From: Halanaerobiales bacterium
GTDB lineage: Bacteria > Bacillota > Halanaerobiia > Halanaerobiales > DATFIM01
Reading direction: 5' to 3'
Assembly (NCBI GenBank): GCA_035270125.1
Contig: DATFIM010000005.1
Coordinates: forward strand, 1-47,288
DNA length: 47,288 nucleotides
Shown: positions 39,423-47,288 of the stretch, piece by piece
Layout: each line of letters starts with the position of its first letter
Numbering within the stretch: position 1 is the stretch's first letter
Made by a program: the position numbers and the translations under genes
Notes under the pieces: model-generated
What the model was told of the DNA's origin: nothing
The model's input: the letters and a program-made list of their open reading frames with translations, nothing else
Database searches by the model: none

Positions 39423-41247
39423 TATAAAACAACTTTCAGAAGAAGTCGCAAATCAAATATCTGCAGGTGAAGTAGTAGAAAGACCTGCTTCAGTAGTAAA
39501 AGAATTAGTAGAAAATTCAATTGATGCAGATAGTGACAGAATCTTAGTTGAAATAGAAAATGGAGGCAAGGATTTAATTAGAGTTAAAGATAATGGAATA
39601 GGGATTGAGAAAGAAAATATTGAAAAAGCTTTTTCACGTTATGCAACAAGTAAAATAGAAAATATAAGTGATTTATATTCTTTAAATACACTTGGATTTC
39701 GCGGAGAAGCTCTGGCCAGTATAAGCTCAGTATCTAAATTAACAGCTTTAAGTAAAGCAAAAGAAAAGTTAAAAGGAGTAAAAATCGTCTACCATGGAGG
39801 CAAACAAATAAAAAAAGAAACTGCTGCCTGTCCAGAAGGAACAGACATTAAAGTAGAAGATTTATTTTACAACACTCCTGCACGTTATAAATATTTAAAA
39901 ACTAAAACTACAGAATTTGGCCATATTAGTAAAATTATTACCCAAGAATCTTTATCTTATCCTGAGATAAAATTTAATTTAAAACATAATAATAAAAATG
40001 TTCTTTCAACTCCTGGTAGTGGAGAATTAAAGGATACCATTTATGCTATTTATGGAGATGAAATTTTTTCTAAACTTAATTATTTAGAATTTGAAGATAA
40101 ATATATAAAAATTGAAGGATATATTTCTGATCCTTCTTTGACCCGTTCTTCAAGAATCCATGAAATGTTTTTCGTTAATAAACGTGCGGTTTATAGTAGA
40201 ACTTTAAGTAAAGCAGTTGAATCAGCATATAAAGGTTTGATCTCTAAAAATAAATATCCAATTGTATTTTTATTTGTTAAGTTAAATCCTATTCTAGTAG
40301 ATGTAAATGTCCATCCTGCTAAAAAACAAATTAAATTTAGTAGAAATAAAATAATCAAATCAGTAGTTAAAGAAGGAATTAAAGAAAAACTTAATGAATT
40401 AAATCCAGCAGTCCAATATAAAGTAAATAATAATAAATCTTATGAAGATAAAGTAAAAGATAATGAAATTAAAAATGATAAAAATATTAAACTTGATTTT
40501 TCTAAGGACAACATTACTAATAAAGATTTAAATACTAAAAATTATAAAGATTCAAGCAATAAAAATTCAAATAAATATGATACTACTAATCAAAATAATA
40601 GAAATAACTTTAATAAAAATAATAATTCTTCAAAAGATTATAAAGTTGTAAGAAATAATAATTCTAATAACTTAACAATCAAAAATATTTTCGGGCAGGT
40701 ATTTTTATCTTATATATTAGTAGAAACTGAGAAAAATTTATATATAATTGATCAACACAATGCCCATGAAAGAATTTTATACGATAATTTTTATAATAAA
40801 TATAAAAATGGTAAAAATGTTTCTCAAAAATTATTAACTCCAATTAATCTTGAATTAACACCATCCGAAATTGAAATAATCAATAATAATCAGGATCAAA
40901 TAAAAAAATTGGGATTCGAATATGAATCTTTTGGAGGAAATAGCGTTTTAATACAATCTGTCCCAGAAATAATAAGTAAAAAATCAGTTAAAAATGAATT
41001 AAGAGAAATAATAGATAAATTAATAAATGAAGATAATATTGATAATAGTGCAGATATGATAAGTGAAATGATTGAGTTTATGGCCTGTAGAAGTGCTATA
41101 AAAGCTGATGAAAAATTAAACAATAATGAAATTAAAAAAATAGTAGTAGATCTTTTTGATAGTTCAAATCCCTTTAGATGTCCACATGGAAGGCCAATTT
41201 TAATAAAAATGTCTAGAGAGGATATTGACAGGGGGGTTGGAAGATAA
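39415..41247 (+). CDS. mutL: DNA mismatch repair protein MutL (endonuclease-type)
   Basis: ANQISAGEVVERPASVVKELVENSIDA, DQHNAHERILY, ACRSAIKA and CPHGRP motifs. It has an Asn-rich linker. Confidence 0.95.
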   Translation: MPDIKQLSEEVANQISAGEVVERPASVVKELVENSIDADSDRILVEIENGGKDLIRVKDNGIGIEKENIEKAFSRYATSKIENISDLYSLNTLGFRGEALASISSVSKLTALSKAKEKLKGVKIVYHGGKQIKKETAACPEGTDIKVEDLFYNTPARYKYLKTKTTEFGHISKIITQESLSYPEIKFNLKHNNKNVLSTPGSGELKDTIYAIYGDEIFSKLNYLEFEDKYIKIEGYISDPSLTRSSRIHEMFFVNKRAVYSRTLSKAVESAYKGLISKNKYPIVFLFVKLNPILVDVNVHPAKKQIKFSRNKIIKSVVKEGIKEKLNELNPAVQYKVNNNKSYEDKVKDNEIKNDKNIKLDFSKDNITNKDLNTKNYKDSSNKNSNKYDTTNQNNRNNFNKNNNSSKDYKVVRNNNSNNLTIKNIFGQVFLSYILVETEKNLYIIDQHNAHERILYDNFYNKYKNGKNVSQKLLTPINLELTPSEIEIINNNQDQIKKLGFEYESFGGNSVLIQSVPEIISKKSVKNELREIIDKLINEDNIDNSADMISEMIEFMACRSAIKADEKLNNNEIKKIVVDLFDSSNPFRCPHGRPILIKMSREDIDRGVGR

Positions 41248-42239
41248 TGAGCAATAATCAGGTTTTAAAAAATTATATTAATAAATTACAAAAAAAAGAT
41301 AATTTAAGATATCCTTTATTCGTAATTTTAGGTCCTACTGCAGTTGGAAAAACAGAATTATCTTTGAAATTGGCAGAAATTTTAAACGCTGAAATTATTT
41401 CTGCAGATTCTATGCAGATTTATAAAGAAATGAATATTGGGACAGCAAAAATTTCTAAAAAAATAAGAGAGAAAATTCCGCATCATATGATTGATATTAT
41501 TGAACCCAATAAGAATTTTTCAGTTGCTGATTATCAAGAATATATTGATAATTTAATTCCTGAAATAATAAATAAAGGTAAGGTTCCTCTAATGGTTGGA
41601 GGAACAGGATTATATATTAATGCTGTGGTTGATGGATTTATGTTACCGGATATGGAACCAAATCATGATTTGAGAAAAGATTTAAGACAAAAAGCAAATA
41701 AATATGGTAATGAATATGTTCATGATATATTAAAAGAAATTGATCCACCTTTAGCAAAAAAACTTCATCCTAATGATTTACGTCGTGTAATTAGAGGAAT
41801 AGAAATATATGAAATAACCGGAAAAACAAAAAGTTATTATAAAGCTAAACAGGAAAATAAAAAAGAAAGATATAAAACTATAAAAATAGGTTTAAAAAGA
41901 GATAGAGAAGAGTTATATCAAAGAATTAATGAAAGAGTAGAAAAGATGGTTGAAAAGGGATTAATTGAAGAAGTAAAATATTTAAAAAACAAATATAATT
42001 TAAGCAAAACTGCCGTTCAAGCTTTGGGGTATAAAGAGATTATAGCATATTTAAATGATGAATATGATATAGAGGAAGCTAAAAGAATAATTAAAAGAGA
42101 TAGTAGACATTATGCAAAAAAACAATTAAGTTTTTTCAAAAGAGATGAAAAGATAAATTGGTTCAATTTATCTAATGTAAAGCAAACTAAAATATTAAAG
42201 AAAATATTTACATTAGTAAATAAAAAATATCAAGTATAA
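41247..42239 (+). CDS. miaA: tRNA dimethylallyltransferase MiaA
   Basis: ILGPTAVGKTELS P-loop, SADSMQIYKEMNIGTAK and GGTGLY. Confidence 0.93.
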   Translation: MSNNQVLKNYINKLQKKDNLRYPLFVILGPTAVGKTELSLKLAEILNAEIISADSMQIYKEMNIGTAKISKKIREKIPHHMIDIIEPNKNFSVADYQEYIDNLIPEIINKGKVPLMVGGTGLYINAVVDGFMLPDMEPNHDLRKDLRQKANKYGNEYVHDILKEIDPPLAKKLHPNDLRRVIRGIEIYEITGKTKSYYKAKQENKKERYKTIKIGLKRDREELYQRINERVEKMVEKGLIEEVKYLKNKYNLSKTAVQALGYKEIIAYLNDEYDIEEAKRIIKRDSRHYAKKQLSFFKRDEKINWFNLSNVKQTKILKKIFTLVNKKYQV

Positions 42240-42307
42240 TATTTAAAATATGCAGGATATTTGATTAATTTCTTGAATAAGAATAGTAAAAGAAAGGAGA
42301 GATTTTA

Positions 42308-42556
42308 ATGTCTAATAAATATGATTTACAAAATAATCTTTTAAATTATGTTAGGAAAAATGAAATTCCTCTTATAGTTTATTTAACAAATGGATTCCAA
42401 TTACGAGGTAAAGTTCTTGGATTTGATAATTTTACAATAATTATTGAAGAAAATGATAAGGAAAAATTAATTTACAAACATGCTATTTCTACTATTGAAA
42501 CAGTTAAAAATATTGAAAATTTTGATCAATTACTTAAAGGAAATTCTGAACAGTAA
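42308..42556 (+). CDS. hfq: RNA chaperone Hfq
   Basis: Sm1/Sm2 motifs (LQNNLLNYVRKNEIPLIVYLTNGFQLRGKVLGFDNFTIII...IYKHAISTI). Confidence 0.93.
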   Translation: MSNKYDLQNNLLNYVRKNEIPLIVYLTNGFQLRGKVLGFDNFTIIIEENDKEKLIYKHAISTIETVKNIENFDQLLKGNSEQ

Positions 42557-42581
42557 AAGTGACAGCAAAATTGGAGGTATT

Positions 42582-43427
42582 ATGAAGCATTTAGATTTTC
42601 TCAAAATACATGGTATTGGTAATGACTTTATATTAGTTGATGGTAGAAAAATAAATTTAGATTATAAGCCTTTAGCTTTAAAATTATGTCCTAGACATTT
42701 TAGTATTGGGGCTGATGGTTTAATAATTTTGGAGAATGCTAATAATTATAATAATGATTATAAAATGAGGATATTTAATCCTGATGGTAGTGAAGCTGAA
42801 ATGTGTGGTAATGGTATAAGAACTTTAATACATTTTATTAAATACTTAGGAATAAATAATAAAAAAAATTATAATATAGAAACTAAAGCTGGTATTATAA
42901 GAACTGAAGTACTTTCATATAATGATAAATTTAGTAAAATTAAAGTCAATATGGGAAAAGCTAAATTTCATAAAGATAAAATACCAGCTAATGTAGACAA
43001 TAAATCTGAAATTAATGATCATAAAGTTATTATTAATGGAAATGAAGTATTTTTAAATTCTTTATCTATTGGAAATCCTCACACAGTAGTATATGTAAAT
43101 AATATTGATGAAGTTCCTTTAGTAAAATGGGGAAAAGAAATAGAAAACCATGAAATATTTCCTGATAATACAAATGTAGAATTTGTTAAAATTATTAATA
43201 AAAATAATTTAGAAATGAGAGTTTGGGAAAGAGGAGTTGGTGAAACATTAGCCTGTGGTACTGGAGCATGTGCTTCAGCAGTTATGTCAGCTAAAAAAGG
43301 TTATACTTCTAATAATGTTAATGTAAAATTAAAAGGCGGAAACCTAAAAATAAATTTAAAAGATGATATTATTTATATGACTGGAAATGCAAAATTAGTA
43401 TTTGAAGGAAAAGTAAAAATTGAATAA
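42582..43427 (+). CDS. dapF: Diaminopimelate epimerase
   Basis: FLKIHGIGNDFILVDG, with catalytic Cys motifs MCGNGIR and ACGTGACAS. ATG 42582 follows TGGAGGT. The track extension back to 42480 overlaps hfq and is rejected. Confidence 0.92.
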   Translation: MKHLDFLKIHGIGNDFILVDGRKINLDYKPLALKLCPRHFSIGADGLIILENANNYNNDYKMRIFNPDGSEAEMCGNGIRTLIHFIKYLGINNKKNYNIETKAGIIRTEVLSYNDKFSKIKVNMGKAKFHKDKIPANVDNKSEINDHKVIINGNEVFLNSLSIGNPHTVVYVNNIDEVPLVKWGKEIENHEIFPDNTNVEFVKIINKNNLEMRVWERGVGETLACGTGACASAVMSAKKGYTSNNVNVKLKGGNLKINLKDDIIYMTGNAKLVFEGKVKIE

Positions 43428-43468
43428 AATTTATATTATTTTTGATGCAAAATCCAGGAGTGCTAACT

Positions 43469-44095
43469 ATGAAGATATTTAACAAAAAATATATTATATT
43501 AATGATATCTATTTTTATGATATTTATTATGACTGAATCAGCTTATATGGTTGATTGGCAGGATTATAAAGAGCAAAATATAAATAATTTAAAAAATGAT
43601 ATTTCCTTAAAAAAAGAGGTTATTTATAATTATAATCTTGCTATTTCTTATGCCAATTTAGGAGAAATCACAAATTCTCAAAACACACTGGATAAAATTG
43701 AGAGAAAATTTGGAAAAAATAAATTTAATAAAATTATATATCCATATATTAAAGAAATAGATTATAATAATACTGAAAATTTATTAGACTTAAATTATGC
43801 GGCTTTTTATTATCTTATTAATGAAAATTATACTGAATCATCTAAATATTTTAATCAAATAATAACTATTGAACCAAAAAATGTCTGGGCTATTAACTAT
43901 CTTGCAGGAAACTATATTATATTAGAAAAATATAAGATAGCTGAAAATTTATTAATAAAAGCTGATAATATTAAATCTAATGAATTTACTAATTTGCTTT
44001 ATGGTTATATTTATTATGAAAAAGGAAATTATTTAAAAGCATTTTCTAAGTTTTCAAAAACAGGCAATTTAATAGAAGAAAATATATTAGAATAA
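43469..44095 (+). CDS. Membrane-anchored or exported TPR-like protein
   Basis: N-terminal hydrophobic segment, then TPR-like Tyr/Asn/Ala-patterned repeats. ATG 43469 lies 8 nt after CCAGGAG. Confidence 0.65.
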   Translation: MKIFNKKYIILMISIFMIFIMTESAYMVDWQDYKEQNINNLKNDISLKKEVIYNYNLAISYANLGEITNSQNTLDKIERKFGKNKFNKIIYPYIKEIDYNNTENLLDLNYAAFYYLINENYTESSKYFNQIITIEPKNVWAINYLAGNYIILEKYKIAENLLIKADNIKSNEFTNLLYGYIYYEKGNYLKAFSKFSKTGNLIEENILE

Positions 44096-44114
44096 AATAT
44101 TTAAGGAGGAACAA

Positions 44115-44894
44115 ATGTATTTAATTGACTATCATACTCATCCCTTATCACATTTAGAAAAAAGAGTTAGACCTTTTCATAATGTAAAATTATTAAAAGA
44201 ATTTGTTAAAAAAGCTGAAAATAAAGGTATAAAAGAACTTGGATTTTCTGATCATGATCAATTTATTGATGATTTTAATTGGGAGAACTTACTAAAAATA
44301 AAAAGAGAAAGTAAAATAAATATAAAATTAGGATTAGAAATAGATTTTATTAGTGAAGAAAAAGAAAGAATCAAAAAAAATATAAATAAGTATGATTTTG
44401 ATTATATTATTGGATCAGTACATAAAATAAATAGATGGCCTGTAGATCATCCAGATTATATAGAAGGTTATAAAGAATGGAATCTAAAAAAATTATATAA
44501 AGAATATTTTTCTATAGTTGAAGAAATGGTAAAATGTAATTTATTTGATATTATAGGACATATAGATTTAATTAAAATTTTCGATAATAAAATACCTAAA
44601 AAGGATTTAAATAAGATTATAAAAAATTTATTAGTAATAATTAAAGAAAAAAATATAGCTATTGAAATTAATACAAATGGTTATAACAAACCGGTTAACG
44701 AATTTTATCCTTCAGATTATATATTGAAAAAAATTATTAAAATGGATATCCCTATTGTATTTGGTTCAGATGCTCATACTCCTGATCGAGTAGGAGAAAA
44801 TATAGAAAATGTATATAATAAGTTAAAAAAATTTGATGTAAAAAAAATTGCTACTTTTACTAAACGAAAAAGGAGCGATGTAGATGTTTTTTGA
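44115..44894 (+). CDS. HisJ-family PHP-domain phosphatase (histidinol-phosphatase-like)
   Basis: IDYHTHP, GFSDH, GSVH, GHIDL and FGSDAH metal-ligand motifs in the HisJ order. Confidence 0.8.
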   Translation: MYLIDYHTHPLSHLEKRVRPFHNVKLLKEFVKKAENKGIKELGFSDHDQFIDDFNWENLLKIKRESKINIKLGLEIDFISEEKERIKKNINKYDFDYIIGSVHKINRWPVDHPDYIEGYKEWNLKKLYKEYFSIVEEMVKCNLFDIIGHIDLIKIFDNKIPKKDLNKIIKNLLVIIKEKNIAIEINTNGYNKPVNEFYPSDYILKKIIKMDIPIVFGSDAHTPDRVGENIENVYNKLKKFDVKKIATFTKRKRSDVDVF

Positions 44895-45516
44895 CAATAA
44901 TGGTAATATAACTATTCAAAAATTAATACAGTATCCTAATGATGATTATCAAAAATTAAAGGAAAAAGCTCTAAAATGTGAAAGATGTAAATTAAGAGAA
45001 GGATGTAAACAGGTTGTTATGGGAGAAGGTTCTTTAGATAATAAAATTATGTTTATAGGAGAAGGTCCTGGTGCAAATGAAGATAAGATAGGAAGACCAT
45101 TTGTTGGTAAAGCAGGTAAGTTGTTAGACAAAATATTACATTCTGTAAATATTAATCGTGAAGAGGTATATATAAGTAATATTATTAAATGTCGTCCTCC
45201 AAATAATAGGACTCCTTCTATTTCTGAAGCAAAAGCTTGTATGCCAATTTTAAAATCTGAAATAGAATTAATAGACCCTAAAGTAATAGTAACTCTAGGG
45301 TCAACAGCTTTAAAATATTTAGTTGATCCAGAAATGTCAATTACAAAAAAACGAGGTCAGTGGATAAAAAGAGGTAATTATTATATATTACCAACTTTTC
45401 ACCCAGCATATTTATTGAGAAATACTCATGCTAAAAAATCTGTATGGAGAGATTTCAAATTAATAAGAAAAAGTATTGATAGAATTAATGAGTTAAAGGA
45501 AAGAGGTGAACTATAA
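44884..45516 (+). CDS. Family 4 uracil-DNA glycosylase (4Fe-4S type)
   Basis: CERCKL...GCKQVVMGEGSLDNKIMFIGEGPGANED...GRPFVGKAGKLLD and HPAYLLR motifs. Confidence 0.9.
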   Translation: MFFDNNGNITIQKLIQYPNDDYQKLKEKALKCERCKLREGCKQVVMGEGSLDNKIMFIGEGPGANEDKIGRPFVGKAGKLLDKILHSVNINREEVYISNIIKCRPPNNRTPSISEAKACMPILKSEIELIDPKVIVTLGSTALKYLVDPEMSITKKRGQWIKRGNYYILPTFHPAYLLRNTHAKKSVWRDFKLIRKSIDRINELKERGEL

Positions 45517-45520
45517 TATT

Positions 45521-46147
45521 TTAAAATTTTCGATATAAACCTACCACTTTTCCTAAGACTTTTATATTTTTACCTAATATTGGTTCATAGCTATCATTCT
45601 CTGGTTGTAGTTTAATATGATCTTTTTCTTTATAATATGTTTTAACTGTTGCTTCATCTTCAATCAGTCCTATCACAATTTCGCCATTTTCTGCATGATT
45701 TTGTTTTTGAGCAATTACAAGATCCCCATCATGAATACCTGCGTCTATCATACTATCTCCTCTAACTTCTAACATAAAAAAATCTTTTTTACTATTTTTT
45801 AAATAACCTGCTGGTACTGGGAAATAATCATCTATATTTTCTTCTGCTAAAACCGGTACCCCAGCTGTAACTTTTCCTACCATAGGTATATATAACATAT
45901 CTTTTTCTAATTTATTTTCTTGATTTTTATTATTTTTGTATAAAATTTCTATAGCTCTTGGTTTTGATGGATCTCTTCTTATATAGTTTAATTTTTCTAA
46001 TGTTTTTAAATGACTATGAACAGAAGCTGGTGATTTTAAACCTACTGCTTTTCCAATTTCACGAACAGAAGGTGGATATCCCTTTTTATTAATTTCTTGA
46101 ACAATATGATCAAAAATCTGTTTTTGTCTATCAGTTAATTCTTCCAT
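45521..46147 (-). CDS. lexA: SOS repressor LexA
   Basis: LTDRQKQIFDHI...GYPPSVREIG HTH, Ala-Gly cleavage site (VTAGVP), and the Ser/Lys dyad (GDSM, TVKTY). Confidence 0.96.
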   Translation of the reverse strand: MEELTDRQKQIFDHIVQEINKKGYPPSVREIGKAVGLKSPASVHSHLKTLEKLNYIRRDPSKPRAIEILYKNNKNQENKLEKDMLYIPMVGKVTAGVPVLAEENIDDYFPVPAGYLKNSKKDFFMLEVRGDSMIDAGIHDGDLVIAQKQNHAENGEIVIGLIEDEATVKTYYKEKDHIKLQPENDSYEPILGKNIKVLGKVVGLYRKF

Positions 46148-46256
46148 TTTAATAGTTCCTCCTTATGAAATAAATTTTCTTAATAATTATTTTGTTTAAT
46201 AGAATAATATTATCTTTAAATTTAATTATAAGAATATATTAGTATTATTTACTATT

Positions 46257-46295
46257 ATTATAACACATACAATTCATTTTCACAAACAACCGTTC
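46257..46295 (-). promoter_or_regulatory. Putative lexA promoter with an overlapping LexA box
   Basis: On the minus strand: TTGTGA (46285-46280), 17-nt spacer, TATAAT (46262-46257). The AAACAACCGTTC box at 46284-46295 overlaps the -35 element. Confidence 0.4.
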
Positions 46296-46314
46296 AATTA
46301 TTTTAGTTTTTTCC

Positions 46315-46343
46315 TTGACACAAAACAAGTGTTCTGTTATAAT
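46315..46343 (+). promoter_or_regulatory. Promoter of the yneA-like gene with a LexA box in the spacer
   Basis: TTGACA (46315-46320), 17-nt spacer containing AAACAAGTGTTC (46323-46334), then TG-extended TATAAT (46338-46343). Confidence 0.6.
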
Positions 46344-46351
46344 TAATAGTA

Positions 46352-46377
46352 GAACAGATGTTTTCGAACGTAAGTTT
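46352..46377. promoter_or_regulatory. Two tandem LexA (Cheo-type) boxes downstream of the yneA-like promoter
   Basis: GAACAGATGTTT (46352-46363) and GAACGTAAGTTT (46366-46377). Both fit GAAC-N4-GTTY. Confidence 0.6.
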
Positions 46378-46403
46378 TTTTACTTTCAAAAGGAGGAATG
46401 AAG

Positions 46404-46775
46404 ATGTATGAATTAAGTGGTGATTATCAAACAAAAGGTAGAAATAATAAATTAAACAAGAAAAGTAACAATTGGTATATTTCTTCTATAAAAAGTTTAA
46501 AAAATAAAATATTTTTTATTTTAAAGATTTTGTTAATACTATCAATAAGTGCATTACTGATAGTTGTATTTCAATTTGAATCAATAAGTTCCTCTGAACC
46601 TAATATGATTGAAGTGAAAGTTGTAGAAGGTGATAATTTATGGAAGATTGCTGATAGATATTATGGAGATAATACAGATCTAAGAAAAAAAATATTTAAA
46701 ATCAAAAAAATAAATAAACTTGAAACCGCTATGTTAAAACCAGGTCAAAAAATAATTATTCCAGTCTCTGAATGA
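46404..46775 (+). CDS. yneA: YneA-like SOS-inducible LysM membrane protein (candidate cell-division inhibitor)
   Basis: One TM segment (IFFILKILLILSISALLIVVFQF) and a C-terminal LysM domain (VKVVEGDNLWKIADRYYG...LKPGQKIIIP). Divergent from lexA and preceded by SOS boxes. ATG 46404 lies 7 nt after AGGAGG. Confidence 0.72.
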   Translation: MYELSGDYQTKGRNNKLNKKSNNWYISSIKSLKNKIFFILKILLILSISALLIVVFQFESISSSEPNMIEVKVVEGDNLWKIADRYYGDNTDLRKKIFKIKKINKLETAMLKPGQKIIIPVSE

Positions 46776-46808
46776 ACAACAAATAAAAATATCATTTTTA
46801 ATCAACTT

Positions 46809-46836
46809 AAATAGCCTTTAAATAGGCTATTTTTTA
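46809..46836 (+). terminator. Intrinsic terminator after the yneA-like gene
   Basis: ATAGCCT-TTAAAT-AGGCTAT stem, followed by T5. Confidence 0.6.
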
Positions 46837-46850
46837 GTTATTTCTTTAAT

Positions 46851-46893
46851 AATTTCGTAAAATGTTCATTTTACGAAATTATTATGTTTTTTT
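46851..46893 (+). terminator. Second strong hairpin plus T tract
   Basis: Perfect 13-bp stem AATTTCGTAAAAT-GTTC-ATTTTACGAAATT, followed by ATTATGTTTTTTT. Confidence 0.5.
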
Positions 46894-47151
46894 AAAAAAT
46901 CAAACTAAAATTATTCCATTATTATAAAAATTGGTTTATAATAATTTTCAATGATTATCTAATAAAAACTATATAATTAATAAAAAAATATTCCTCTTAT
47001 ATTGCGAAAAGCTGATCAATGATACAGTTAATAAAAAACTTTTTCCAATATGAGCGGCTAATAAAAAAGGAAATTTATAAATAACTATATATAAATCATT
47101 ATATTATAAAAATATTATAAAAACATACTTTATTAACCATAAATTACATTA

Positions 47152-47180
47152 TGTGGAAAAGTATTAACAATTGTGGATAA
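47152..47180 (+). promoter_or_regulatory. Two same-orientation DnaA-box-like 9-mers
   Basis: TGTGGAAAA (47152-47160, one mismatch) and TGTGGATAA (47172-47180, the exact complement of TTATCCACA), 20 nt start to start. Confidence 0.3.
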
Positions 47181-47183
47181 AAA

Positions 47184-47226
47184 AGCCTCCTACATGGAAT
47201 TTTAATTTGTAGGAGGCTTTTGTTTT
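47184..47226. terminator. Bidirectional intrinsic terminator
   Basis: 11-bp stem AGCCTCCTACA / TGTAGGAGGCT, flanked by A5 upstream and TTTTGTTTT downstream. Probably terminates the minus-strand gene that enters at the window end. Confidence 0.6.
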
Positions 47227-47239
47227 ATATATTGTTGTA

Positions 47240-47288
47240 TTAATCAATATTTTTAGAAGCTAAATTCAATCCAAACCATATTATGATC
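47240..47288 (-). CDS. 3' end of an unidentified minus-strand gene (partial, runs off the window)
   Basis: The minus-strand frame is open from the window edge, reading ...IIIWFGLNLASKNID-stop (TAA at 47242-47240), just upstream of the bidirectional terminator. It is too short to identify. Confidence 0.3.
   Translation of the reverse strand, partial: IIIWFGLNLASKNID

Noticed and set aside
42480-42581. An N-terminal extension of dapF that overlaps the 3' end of hfq.
   Set aside because: The extension is low complexity and lacks an RBS. ATG 42582 follows TGGAGGT and gives the canonical DapF N-terminus (FLKIHGIGNDFILVDG).
46894-47183. A chromosomal replication origin (oriC).
   Set aside because: There are only two DnaA-box-like 9-mers, no dnaA, dnaN or rpmH nearby, and no recognisable AT-rich 13-mer/DUE repeat pattern. 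I keep it only as a low-confidence DnaA-site finding.

Overview
This is a low-GC (about 30% by eye) bacterial chromosomal segment. It is densely coding, and every gene is on the + strand except one tRNA cluster, one topoisomerase subunit gene, lexA and a partial 3' gene end. Most of it is conserved housekeeping in Firmicute-type synteny. It starts with a GntR regulator and a BMP-family ABC transporter, followed by rodZ, a tRNA-Tyr/Glu/Pro cluster, and surE, fxsA, a ytqB/mnmM-like methyltransferase and a TetR regulator. Two identical tRNA-Thr genes come next, then a small ORF followed directly by tRNA-Pro(GGG). The rest runs rimO-pgsA-pgpA, cinA-TPR-thpR-recA-rny-ymdB-spoVS, a divergent topoisomerase IV-like pair, a ClC homologue, an untracked rubredoxin, ktrB/ktrA, miaB-mutS-mutL-miaA-hfq-dapF, and a family-4 UDG convergent with lexA. 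lexA is divergent from a YneA-like LysM gene, and Cheo-type SOS boxes sit between them. SLH, ExbB/ExbD/TonB, spoVS, an SleB-type hydrolase, RNase Y and YmdB occur together, which suggests a diderm Firmicute such as Halanaerobiales (inference only). The most interesting region is 21715-27125. It is a six-gene, translationally coupled envelope operon with no TonB-dependent receptor gene anywhere in this window. Its genes encode ExbB/TolQ-like, ExbD/TolR-like and TonB-like proteins, a 670-aa secreted multidomain protein of unknown function, an SLH/coiled-coil/C-terminal hydrophobic-tail protein resembling Thermotoga Omp-alpha, and an SleB/CwlJ-type peptidoglycan hydrolase. I propose it is a Tol-Pal-analogous trans-envelope system. 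I saw no CRISPR array, transposase, integrase or recognisable defence genes. All calls come from reading the sequence and recalling motifs; no searches were run.
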